Positions 1-12,022 of a DNA stretch of 64,000 nucleotides are shown here, in pieces. The notes under the pieces were generated by a model. It did not search any database. It was given only the letters and a program-made list of their open reading frames with translations, and had not been told where the DNA came from. The stretch lies in assembly GCA_003427395.1 (NCBI GenBank), contig BFEA01000009.1, positions 5,442,467-5,506,466 on the forward strand. Direction: 5' to 3'. This DNA is from Chara braunii. Taxonomy: Eukaryota > Plantae > Charophyceae. The position numbers and the translations under genes are program-made. Numbering within the stretch: the stretch's first letter is position 1; every line of letters begins with the position of its first letter.

Positions 1-2862
1 AGGGCCTTGATACCAACCTTGATGGGCACGATGGCGATGAAGTCGTCATGACTAAGGCAAGCACTCCATTGGCCACGCCCGTGATTGACAAAAAACAGGC
101 CGCTCTTCCCATCGAGTATCAACAAAAATCACAACTAACAACTTCGAAGTGTGTATGACGGTGGCCTGGCGAACGCCATGATCACTAGGCTGGCTGCCAC
201 CATGAACACTACCCAGTCGGATGCAGTCAGGACCGCTGCCAGCTATACAGGGTGAATCACGATTCGTTCTTACAGCCCATGAGAATGAATCTCCCCCTAA
301 AACACGGGAAGATACCTTTAGAAAAAACTTTACTCTTGGGCGCAGCTCCCACTGCTCACACCGTCCAAACTATGCACCTAGTGCGGAATCCACCATGGCC
401 ATGCACTTTATAATGTTCCAAAACCCCCAGTTAGCATTTTACCCCGCTCGATTCCGTGGAGGAATGTGCGAGATATTAGTTTTTCAGTTCCACTGGTCCT
501 CTTCTCATCCTCCTCGACTTCTCCACGCACCAACTTCTCTCCCTTACTCCTATTCTACCAACCCACACGCCAGACTAACCCCACCACTCACTCCATCTGA
601 CCCAAAAACTACTACTTCACACCTCTCCCCACATAATCTCACTAAGAATCGAGCATGCTATAACTTGTCGCGCCCGCCATACTCTATTTTCACCATTTTC
701 TTTGCTGAATGTATCTGGTACAAATCAGCTTCACCTTCATTCCCTTTCTTTCCTGCCCTTGCTACCCTCGTGCTTCCTGTTTTTCTCTACCCCCCTCAGC
801 CTTTGAATGTCGCTGGTCATCAGGTAAGTATCCACTTCCCGCAAGACTACACACACGGAGATGAAGATGAACACACCAAGCACTACGACGGCCACGACTT
901 GGTCGGCGACGCTCCTCATGGCCACGATGATATCGACCAGGTGAACTTGGAGATCACGATTAGTCAATCTGCTCGTGACAGAGTAGCCTGCTCCGCTGCT
1001 CACAAAATTTTCAGTATGAGAATGAATCTTTGACTAGAACAGGGGAAGATACATCCTCATACTTCGACTCTTCCTATAATGCTCCCGCAGTCTCTCCTGC
1101 TCGTACTGGCTTACCTGTTGCCCAATCCAACAATCTGATGTGGCCAATAGATCCGTAGCGCCTCAAAACCCCCACTTCAAGTCTTCACTCGCTCGTTTCT
1201 GTTGAGAAACGGGCGAGATCTGCCTTTTCCCAAGCGACCATATCCAACGCCCCGTCACCTCCGCGCATTATTTTTCTTCTCTTCGTCCCCTTCTACTAGT
1301 CCATCCTTCAAACTAAAAACCCCACCTGACTCGCCTTGCCTCAAAACCTCAGGTTAGCACCTTCCCCTGCCAAATTTCATTAAGAAATAGGCATGCTGTA
1401 ACCTTTCACTCTGCCATATCTCCTAGCTCCGACGTTGTTTCTGAACTTTTCTCCGTCCTCCTTCGAATACACCTGGCGCGAAACTGCATCCAAGTTCATT
1501 CCCCCCTTTTTTTTTGTACCTGCTGCTTCCCTTCTCGTGGTGCTGCGCTCTCCTGCACTGTCCCCCTCCCTTCTAACCCTTTCCCTCTCTCCTCCTTACT
1601 ACCATTCCCCCAGTAGTCCACGCTGCCTTCCCTTCTCCGATGACACTCACAATCGGCAAGCAAAAAGAGACGATCCTCTTTATTTATACGGGTCAGCCTT
1701 GTGCAGGGGCAGGCTGTATTGTTCCAATTCTAACGGATGTCTCGAAGGACAGTAGCACGGTAGCGGTATCTCAGCAGTTCGTGGATTTATCCACCGAACT
1801 AGGCTTGCTGGTTTCACGGTCGGTCTTGAGATCGGTACCGGACCACGCCCCTCAATGGGACTTACAAAGTAAAAATAAAAAGAATAACAAATAAAAAAAT
1901 AAAAAATAAATTAAAAATCTAGGAAGAGTTATGAGACAGTGGACTAGGGGAGGAGGGCCGTTGGCGCTTGGTCCTCGGTCCCCCCTCCCGGGCTCGTGGT
2001 CGGAACCCCCCGCAAAAAGCCAAGGGGGATAGTCCCACGGGACCCTCAACCCTTCGGCTCACTCCAATGCACTCCTCCGTTGCTCTGCTGCTCGCTGCTG
2101 GCCTCGAATCCCGGGATCCGCCTGGTGAAAATCCAATAATGTAACCTGTAGGGCTAAGCCCAAGCTTGGACAGGCTAGGCGCTTCCCTATATGTGAACGG
2201 TTCGGCCCGCCAGCCTGGGCCTATAGCAGCAGCCTTAAGGCTGCTGCTGCTAACTTCCCCCCTCAAGCCCACAGTTCTATAGGCGCATCTCAGTGGGCTC
2301 ACATGCAGGCTTCCACTCGGCCTGCCATGCAGATGGCCCCGTAGTATTATTGCCACCAAGTTGGGGCTTACCCCACGCTGCTTCTTTCTTGGAAAGCCGC
2401 TTTTCCGCCATCTCTACGCCGGGAAGCCCTGGCCTCTACTATGATCCGTGCCACCCTTACTCAGGTCTTGGCGGCGCCGCCTGCTACTGGCGGTGCACGG
2501 TCATCCTAGTGCCTGCGAAATTCCTCTCAGTGCGACCTCGAAACGCCAGTCCCCAGTAAGTTAGACAACATCCTCCTCCAGTCACTGCTTTACCTGGTCA
2601 AGGCAACGCTGCCCGTAACTTTGCCCGTGCGTGCGAGGTAGCGACCGCCTCAGAGACTTTAGTTTACTCTCACTTGTTCTACTGGCGTCGCATGTCTACC
2701 TCGACCCGGGCTCGGTCAGGCTAGCGCGTGCCCACAAAGTGCACGCTCACACACCCTCTAATCAACACAAATGGGACGCGCCCCTTGATATCATCAGAAG
2801 CGGTCTTCCTGTAAGCTGCAAAAATGCGCCCAAATACCCTTGTAAGGGTGTTTGGGCCGACA
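1..2862 (-). repeat. 3' LTR of element A (partial)
   Basis: Colinear with 19996-22409. Similarity ends at ...GGGCCGACA (2862), which reads TGTCGG on the minus strand. Confidence 0.93.
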
Positions 2863-4783
2863 ATTTTCCAGACCTTATTAAATGACGTCCCCGTCGCGTT
2901 GGGCAATAAAAGCTATAAACACAACCACATCTTGCTGACAAGGAAACAACCAATCCGGTTCCCCGGCTCGACTTCGTTCTAGGTTGTCTTATCAATTTGG
3001 CCCTGTTACGGCGTTCCACTGCCAGGATTTCAACCTGGGTTTCCCACTTCCTGGCCTCGGAGTTAGGGGATACTTTGTTCCATACTATAGCATAGTACCC
3101 ACTCCCCGGTAGTAGGTTGATAGTCCTCTCCCTTCGTCGTAGACATTCGCCGGTTCACCGTTGGGCGCCATATTTAGTCATCGTCCCACGAACGGGGTCA
3201 TAACTTAGGATGCGGGCCCTAATCGAGACCTCTCAAAACACGGGGCGCCTCTAGTCCCCCAAATGGTAATACTTACCATCTCAAATATCACAATAAACAA
3301 CCATCCCCGAGTCTTACACAGATGGCTTCAGGTCTCCATCTTGGCCCACCATGGAACGGTTGATCACGCCGAATCCACGGCCCACCGCGTCGTTATGTAG
3401 CGATGGTGCCCTTGTTGGTTACGCAATGATAAGCAACTCTTCCTATCTTGGTACCCCGAAGAGTCCCGACTCTTGACCTAATCGACCCCAATGACTTTCC
3501 CTCTAGCTAAGCCTCTCTGAGTGGCCGACCCTTCAAGACTTAACCTTTGGTAAGCCATGGTCCCGCTGCCAGGTTGTGCCGGTCAGCGGCCCTCGTCGGG
3601 AGTTAGGTTCTACAGTTCCAGCGATGCTAAGTATAGCCCCTTAGCTTGGTCTCACAATACGTCCCTTAGACTGACTTCATTATGGTCTAGCACTTTCTTC
3701 AAAATCTTTCGAGAAACCAAAGGATCACATACCAACTGCCCACGGGATTATGTGGAGGGATAGTGCCTTTCTCAACCATTCCATCAAAATCCTCAGTAAT
3801 TCCACAGGGTCGTGCCTTCCTCACTTTGATCAAAAGCAGATAAGGTCACACGTCTTTTAGGGATACAATATTCTTCAAAGTTTCATCATAATTGCCAGAG
3901 ATTTTCATCCGTTATTCTCACAAAATACTTGGTCTTTCCTCGTCAGAGTTTTACATACGCACAACATTTATCATCACTATAGCAACTCTTCTGAGTGCTC
4001 TCACAAATTTCATCCGTTTAAGAAAGTCCAATCGGCCATTGGACTTCCCTCTCTCTTTTCCAAGTCACACACAAATAAAACACAACTTTAGTTGTGATCT
4101 TTACATATCATCATTCCATCTGGATAAAACATATCATACCATCTCTCTCAAAAAGTTTGCGAGCACTTCCTCCCATCATACTTTGGGCTCCACTTGTCCT
4201 TGGGACAGGGATGCGCAAGTACAGTGAAAGAAAGCGCAGATCAATTCACTTCACAACATTCATCTCATCACGCCATTATTCATATGGGCACGTCAACAAA
4301 CTGAGAGTGAGTGTGACATAACACACACAACACAAAGACAAGGTTTGAGATTCGCATATATACACAGGATATGGGGCCCTGCAATGAGCAAAGGCTCCTG
4401 TCCATATCACAAAAATCAAGGTATTGTACAAAGAGCTTAGGTACCCAACAAAGATTTAAGGTATCCAAGTGTCGAAGTATCAGGACTCGACAATCACTCC
4501 CCACTCACGAGCGTTATTCTACAAGGGTATTAATACTCTACATCACATTAGTGAAAAAGAGAAAAAATAGTCAAAATCGCACTCAGTGTTATCTTATGTA
4601 TAGAAAAGGTCTCCAAATCTATAATGCGAAAGTAACATCTCATTACTGGCTCAACTAGCTGATGTACATGGGTCTGATCCAATCCTCCATGTATCCCTCT
4701 ATATACAAGTAACCATCAGTCAGAGAGTCAGGGACGTCTCGCGTATATTAGACTTGGACCTTTCCGGACCTTATTAGAAAACC

Positions 4784-7531
4784 CTACTCCTGATCACTCA
4801 TGACCTCCTGCAACTGCCTATACAACTGCGCCCTCACTCCATCACAAGTCTTAGGAACTAGAATTCCACTTCTATCTCTCAACACCCTAGATGACTCCAT
4901 GGTAACCAAACCATTCGCCTCATCCTTGAGGTTCTTGGGGCAATCATCAGATCGATGTTTGCCCTTCTTACAATAGAAGTATTTGCCAACCTTCTTCTGA
5001 AACATCTTGTCACCTTTCTGCGAAGGTACTGCTGACGGGGCTGCATGTCGCTCTGTCACCTGCTCGCATCACCTGCTCGCCGATACGTCCCTCTGGCCCT
5101 GACCCAGTTGCCCAGGATCCCAATGCATCCCGCAGATCTGCAGTAACAGGCATCTCCTGAGGTACAGCCACCTCCTTACATTCCTTCAAACCCCTCCTTC
5201 ACTCAACCTCCAACATGGTCCGACCCACGCTCGCCTGACCCTCCTGCTGTCCCATGACCTCTCCTTGAGTAGTAGGTAGAACTACCTCCACTCCCATTGC
5301 CTCAACTGATGGTCTCTCTTCTGGCATTGCTGGTCTCTGCCCGAGTGTTAGACCAGCTGGCAACCTCCACTCGAACTCTTCGACCTCTGCGCCCTTCTCT
5401 GCTAGCACCCCTTGCGGCTCCAACATCTCTTTGTCTATTAAAGGAATCTCTTCACCTTCTTGCTGGTATGCCCTCTCTTCCTCCTTCTGACACTTGAAGG
5501 TGTCCTCCGTAGGTCGTTCCCTGATTCCGAATCTTTGGACCTCTGTCCAATCCACCACTGTAGTTGGAGCCTGTCGCGTACACTTGGCCTCAAGGTCTTG
5601 TATCCTCTTCTCCCACTCAGCCTCCTTTGTCTGAAAGGAAGGTTGTTGTGCTTGCAAGTAGGCCCTCAGGACGTCATTGACCTTGTTAAGGGTCTGGTTG
5701 ACCTGCCTGATGGCCTCGTTTTCTGCCCAAACTTTCTCCATGTCTGCTCTTACTGCCTCCATCTCTTTGTTTTGCCTTTCCAAACCTTTCTTCAGGTCTT
5801 CGATCTCTCTTTCCCATTCCACCCTCTGGTCATATGCTTTTTGAGCCACCTTGATCAATCTCTCTCCAACCTTCTGATTTGAAGCTCTGGCTGCTGCGAA
5901 GTCTTCCTTCATCATGCCCCTCAGATTGAGTAAGTCTGTGGAGACCAACTTGACTCCCATCTCCTGGTGATGCCTTCCAGATCTCCCTGCAGCATCCATC
6001 AGCTTGTCAAAGCTGACCCAGACCCCTGAAAATAGGGGAAGGTCCTCCTCCTGAGTGCAAGCGCCCTGTCCACTCTTGCCATCCACCTGCTCAGGCTCTT
6101 TCCCCTGCCGCATCCTCTCGTGCAGCTCAGCAAGGTTCTTTATCCTGAGCTGGACCTTGATTTCCTGATCCCTTGCCGACCTCTCTTTCCTGTCCAATTC
6201 CTTCTCTTGGGCAGACTGCTCTTCCCTCTGATCCTGCCCATGTGGCTCATGAGGCATGCCTGGCTCTATGCATGGCATAGGACAATCCACTTCCATCTGA
6301 GCAGGCTGTGGAGGCACCTCTGGACCACCTGACCCTCGTGCTCTCTCGTGTCTATGGGATCTGTGCTCCTTCTTCCTGTCCTCCCTCAACGGAAAAAATT
6401 TCTAGAATTAAATAATCATTCTGTAGTAAAATTACAATCTAAATTTTAAATTTTCATTCCGTCTTTAAAAATATCATTCGAATTTTTAAAATTTTTCATC
6501 TTACTTGCAAACTTTCATTCCAAGATTCGGGTACCCCTCTTATTTGGACTACATGCTAGAGATGGAATGAAAGTGTGGATGAGTTCATGAAATATTTTAA
6601 TTGGACTTTCATTCTAAGTAAGGATTTTCAGTCATAAATAGGTTAATCCAATCGAAATTGGAAGATATTTGTTGTAGTAGAATGAAAATTTACTTAAAAC
6701 ATTTCATAAACTTGTCCAGCCTTTCATTCCATCTTGAACAAGTAGATGTTATTGGAAGGGAAAACTCATATTTAGACGGGAATTTATCAAATAAAACTGG
6801 AAATTTTAGAATTGGACGAACATTAGAATGATAATTTATAAATAGGAAGATTTTTTTCTTTTTGGAATTTTTTTCAACTTTTATTTCTCGTGGGAATTTT
6901 TCTGTTGCTCTACGTCCCTGATGACGTGCCTCGTTCAAAGGTTCTCCTCTCCTCTGCCTCTGGATCCCTTCTTCTCTTTTCCAAACTTCCTCTCTCACCT
7001 ACCAGACGTACTGGAGTATAGTAGTTTCACAATAACTTCTTGCAATGTCCCCAACTCATAGCAGGCGCCACAATGGATTTGACGAGCGACCTGATGTGTC
7101 GCTTCACGTACAGGAGGAAGCTTCCTATCCTCTACTCTCCTGAGATGTCGAGCTCATCCGCATACCGGTCGTAGGCCCATAAAAATTCCCCCAGATTAGT
7201 GGAGTCAAATCGAATGGGCTGTCCATCTCTTCCCACTGGCAACGGATGCAAACCCTCCATCTTTCTCTCAAAATCCTGCCAGGTTAGTGACTCCCTGACA
7301 AGGCCGGCAATGGGGTCTCCACTCGCCTGTGCCTCGTACCTCTCTCAACATCCTAGTACCATCCCATCCGAACTCCCGTGCATGCCGTTCGAACTCAATC
7401 TGGAACAGCTCAATGTTCCCTCCCTGGAAAACGGGAGGCCTGTCTTCTCTCCTGATGCCCATCTGCGCCCTCTGTCTGGTCGCCCCCAGAGGGGTTTCCA
7501 CTGGCCCTGCCCCTCCCCTTCCTCTTGGCAT
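4784..7531 (-). pseudogene. Extra ORF downstream of pol in A: two Gag-N-like modules, coiled coil, C-terminal CCHC-type knuckle
   Basis: Fragments PVFQGGNIELFQIEFERHAREFGWD and IRFDSTNLGEFLWAYDRYADEL, a 396-aa E/K/Q/R-rich ORF (5199-6389), and YFYCKKGKHRSDDC. Homologous to 30732-32804. Confidence 0.8.
6387..6907. mobile_element. Non-autonomous TIR DNA transposon (MITE-like), 521 bp, 2-bp TSD CT
   Basis: AT-rich island with ends CAACGGAAAAAATT and AATTTTTCTGTTG, CT on both flanks and internal TTTCATTCC repeats. Removing it plus one CT restores the host reading frame. Confidence 0.85.
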
Positions 7532-7793
7532 AGCTGCCTCAAGCGGTGTCAAGCCTGCACAACAAGGAGGAGACAACCTGGAGCACACAGAGGGTAAGCA
7601 GGTTGGACAACCACAACAGGAGATAGACATAGCCTTCCCACAACTATCCCAACTATCTTCCTACCCACATATGCAGACATACACACATGATTCTAACCAA
7701 AAACTCACAACCTGTCACGCTATTCTACTAAGACACTATCCCACACACTCTACTTATGCCAATACTTCTACATAAAGTACTCAGAGAGTGACT

Positions 7794-9344
7794 CTAACTG
7801 GTACGATCCATGCTCACCTCGTCACGAGCCACAAATTTCTTCAGCCTCGAACCTGATACCCAGTCCTTCCATGTCGTCCCATTCAATTCCTCAATTTGGT
7901 AGGCTCCATGCTCACGACACCTGGTGACCCTGTACGGCCCCAACCACCTCTTGTCCAGCTTCCGTGACCACTGCTTCTCCAGGGATGAATCATACAACAG
8001 CACCACGTCTCCCACCTTGAGGAGTTCTTTCCTTACCCGTGCCATCTTATCCCACCTGAACTTGTCCTTGCTACGGTTGACCGCCACTCTACTTGCTGCT
8101 CCCTCAATTTTGTCCTTTATGGCGCCAATCTGACGTGCTCTCAAATCCAACAGTTCCTCAAAGGTCTGATCAGTCTCAAGGTCTTGCCGCCTCCAGGACT
8201 TTAGGAAGCTCTCAATAGGAAATGTTGCGTGCCTACCATACCATAGCGTGACCGACGCATAGCCGGTGCTTCTCCTAACAGTGATATTGTCCACGAAGAA
8301 AGCGACTCTCAGGAAGTTCGGCCACTGATTGGGTCTACCATCAGTCCACTTGGCGAGAAGATTTGTGATGGTGCTATGACCTCTTTCCACCGGTGCATTA
8401 GCCTGAGGGTGCGCTGCGGTAGTGTACTCGGCGATCACCTCATACCTCTTCAAAAGAGCCTTCACTTCAGCACAAGTGAACTCAGACTCTCTGTCTATCA
8501 CGAACCTGGAGACAAAGGGATAACGCAGGTAGTACTCTTCGATGCATCGGGCCAGTGTCTCACGAGTCTTCGTGCGAATGGCCTGGCCATCCACAAACCC
8601 AGAGAGGTTGTCCCGCGCATCAAAGATGAAGTTGTAGCTCCCTATCCCCAGCGGCATCGCCAACAGGTCCAAGTGCACGACCGCTCCCACCTCACGAACA
8701 TATCTTGGGTGAAGCAGCTCTCTAGCCCTAAGAGAGGACCGCTCCTAGCATGGCATGCAAGACTTACAATAATCATCGATCATCTCCCCCCTGTCATCCA
8801 AATAGTATAACTCGTGTATCTTGAGGTAAGTCGTGTTCGTGCTTCTGTGGCCACCTGCCGTACCATCATGTAGTGCTACCATAACGTAAATCTGACGAGC
8901 GACGCCGCAGACTACTGTCCTGGGAGTCTTCCCTTTGCTTTTCATGAATAGATGGTTGTCCCTTACCAGAAAGCTCGGCCTCATCTTTAGAACCCTTGCG
9001 CAAGCATCTCTTTCCCTCATCTCACACGACAACAGCATTCCGAGTTCAAGGTATACCATCTCATACTCCTCTGCTCGAAACGCTTCCTTGATCTCTCCCT
9101 CGTCAAAATCGTCGTCTTCCCTCTCGTGAATCACATTGTCACCTTCTTCCTGCTCTACCACCTCTTCCTGATCTAGCACCGTATTCCTGACCACCTCTTC
9201 CTGAAGCAGCGCATTTGCTAGCAAATACACCCCACCTATCGTCTTCTCGTGCTGGCCCACCTGCAGCACCCCATCCTCAATCGTGAGCAAGTCCTCATGC
9301 AGTTGGTACTTGCCTGCCAGGGCCGGATCCATCATCCAGTCCAC
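7794..9344 (-). pseudogene. Integrase of A (HHCC finger, DDE core, GPY/F motif)
   Basis: LHDGTAGGH...CKSCMPC; VHLDL...IDRESEF...VERGH; RWLGPYRV. Split by stops and a frameshift. Confidence 0.93.
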
Positions 9345-9347
9345 GCC

Positions 9348-11114
9348 TCACATTCCCCACGAGTCTTCTTCCACATAGGGCTTAAGAACTAAGTCTGACC
9401 GTCCTGCATGTCCCGGAGGCGCAAGCCACACAGGACGCCCTTGAGTAATGTAGCTACCTACGGCCAACGACCAGGAGTTGATGTGGAGTCGCACATCCTC
9501 CTCACTGTCCAAGAACTCGTCGACTGGTGGAGTATCCTCGGTCATTCCTTGACTGTTTTTATCCCAGTCGACTCGACTCAACCCATCGGCTCTATTTTTG
9601 TTCCCAAGAATTCGCTCCAGCTCGAAATCAAACATCCAGATGTACGTCAGCCATCTGGCGATAGTTGGATTTGAAGGAGCGAAGTTCTTGAGAGACCCGG
9701 CTAGAGCGGTTGGGTCCACCCTCAATACAAACCTGTTGTCAAAGAGGTAGTTCTTGAAAATCCTCAAACAGTGGAGAACTGCCAAGGTCTCGCGCTTGAA
9801 CTGAGAGTAGTTCCTCTCCAATGTGTTGAGCGTCCGACTCTCAAACCTCAATGGTCGTTCTTCTCCGTTGGGATCTCGTTGAATCAACACTCCTCCCAGC
9901 GCAGTTGGCCCTGCATCTGTCTCTACGACGAAAGGTCCGGTCATTACTGCCGCATGATCCGGTACTCCCAATACTAGACCTCCTTCCTCGAACTCCTTTT
10001 TCAGACCTTCTATCACCGACTCTTGCTTATCTCCCCATTCCCAGTCTTGACCTTGACGCACAAGCTTTCGCAGTTGCTCAGTCTTCGCCGCAAACCCTTT
10101 TATGAAAATCCTTCCAAATCCACACGTTCCCAGAAAACTCCTCACCTCTGTGATAGTCTGGAACGGTGTTGGCCATTCGAGAATCTTGTTAGCCTTCTTA
10201 GTATCTGGTCGACCACTCCTCTCGTCGCACACAAATCCTAATATTGTAGCACCGCTCATGAAGTGCCTTGACTTCGACCCACTGGCAGTGAGGTTATGCT
10301 CCTTTAGTAGGTCCAGGACCTTGCACAAGTCTTGTACATGGTCCCAGACGAAGCGCCTGATTCCTGGCATCACCTCCCGCTCATCCTTCTCCTTAGGCCC
10401 CTTCACGGCCAGGTCATCAATGTAGGGCTGCGTGATGTGAGGACTTATGGGCTGCATGATCCTCACCATGTGCCTCTGAACCATGGCGACCGCATTCATC
10501 CATCCTTGAGGTGAGACGTTCATGTGAATCAACCCCCGAGGTGTATGCATAGCCGTCATTGGTCTGTCTGATGGGTACACAGGGAATTGATCATAACCTG
10601 AATATAAGTCAATGAGTGATATAATGACTCTCCCAGCGCATGCCTCTGAAACCACATCAGCGTTAGGGAGACCACATGCGTCCCTCACCGTTACAGCGTT
10701 CAAGCGCTGCAAATCCTGTACCCACCTCAAAGTCCCATTGGGTTTGACAATGCAAAACCAGGGGGATGCATACGGTCCACTCGAGTAGTCTGCCACATGA
10801 GTGCGGATCTTCCCATCGAGGTAGTTAACTACCTTCTCTTCATCGACTGGATTAGGATATCGCGCACCTCGTGAATTCCATGGTTCGTGAGGTACAGTGT
10901 GTATCCTAATCATTGGGATTATATCCACGTCCAATCGTCCTCTCTCATCGTTACTGAAGGCATATGCAGCATGCCTTCCTCTTATGGTTTCCACCACAAG
11001 CTTCTCTTCCTGCGCCATAAGGAAGCCAAACTCCCCTATGATCGTCGTTTTTTCTGTCTCAGGATTGATACGGCATGGCCTATTCTCCGCGTTCTCTCGC
11101 ATCTGCCGTATCAA
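9348..11114 (-). pseudogene. Reverse transcriptase and RNase H of A
   Basis: LIDLYSGYDQF, PQGWMN, YIDDL; VETDAG, RFESRTL, NRADGLSR. Confidence 0.95.
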
Positions 11115-11185
11115 CTCTCATTCTCGCTCATAGTATACTTCTTGCTCTTCGGTGACGAGTACGGGAACAGGGCGGCACTTCTGAT

Positions 11186-12022
11186 CTACCCTTTTGTACC
11201 GCATGTGTGCACCTTGCTTGAGCCCACCTCTAAAAAAGGCCGAGTTGCGCTTTGGGGTTGTGCTCCACTTGCTCCACCTGTCTTTCCAGACGTTTGATAT
11301 ACCAGCTCCATTTCTCCGGAGCCCATCTTCTCTACCACTTTCTCTCTCAAGGTTTCAACAGCCTTTGGATCAACCATCCCATAGGTCGATACTATATCCA
11401 TAGCATCACCTATGTTTGCCAAGCTCAATGCTAGTGCCTCCGGCTCTCTTCTCTCCTCATACTTGCTGGCTTCAATCCTTAATCTTTCCTCTTCTGACTC
11501 CGCTATAGTGAAAGAACCAGGGTTGGGCTGGTTCCTTATGCTTCTAGGCCCTGTGTTCTTGCAAGTTATGACCTCATAGTTCCTGCATACCGGATCGCAC
11601 AGAACGAGGAACATAGTTTCGTCATGCTTGTTGAGTATGACGGCCTCCGTCCGACTTAGGAACGACCTACCCAATAGAATAGGATGGTCAAGATCAGGCA
11701 TTACGAAGAAACAACTTCTCACTTTCACTTTCCCAATCTCTAAAGTTACCGATGATGAGGTCCCTATGAACACTGATCGACTGTTTGCCCCCATCAGGAC
11801 CCCATTGTCTGAGCGGTCAATCTCCATCCCTAGGCGCAAAGCATGCTCCTCTTTTATAAGGTTCATCTCTGCGTCACTGTCCACCATTGCCGTACATGTC
11901 TTCCCTTTCACTACTACATCTAGGCACCCACATGCAACGAACTTACAATCCATCTTAGTTCCGGTCTCAGCCCATTCAGCTTCCTTAGGGATTATAGTCC
12001 CTAATTGCACGCCGGCCACCAT
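11186..12022 (-). pseudogene. Aspartic protease region of A
   Basis: AMVDSDAEMNLI (degenerate D-S/T-G-A) and ILLGRSFL. Homologous to MVDTGAKMN in B. Confidence 0.88.

Noticed and set aside
221-1033. 270-aa ORF in the LTR
   Set aside because: Antisense to the element, no recognisable motif, truncated in the other LTR copy.
5199-6389. env gene
   Set aside because: No signal peptide or transmembrane segment seen; coiled coil and zinc knuckle instead.
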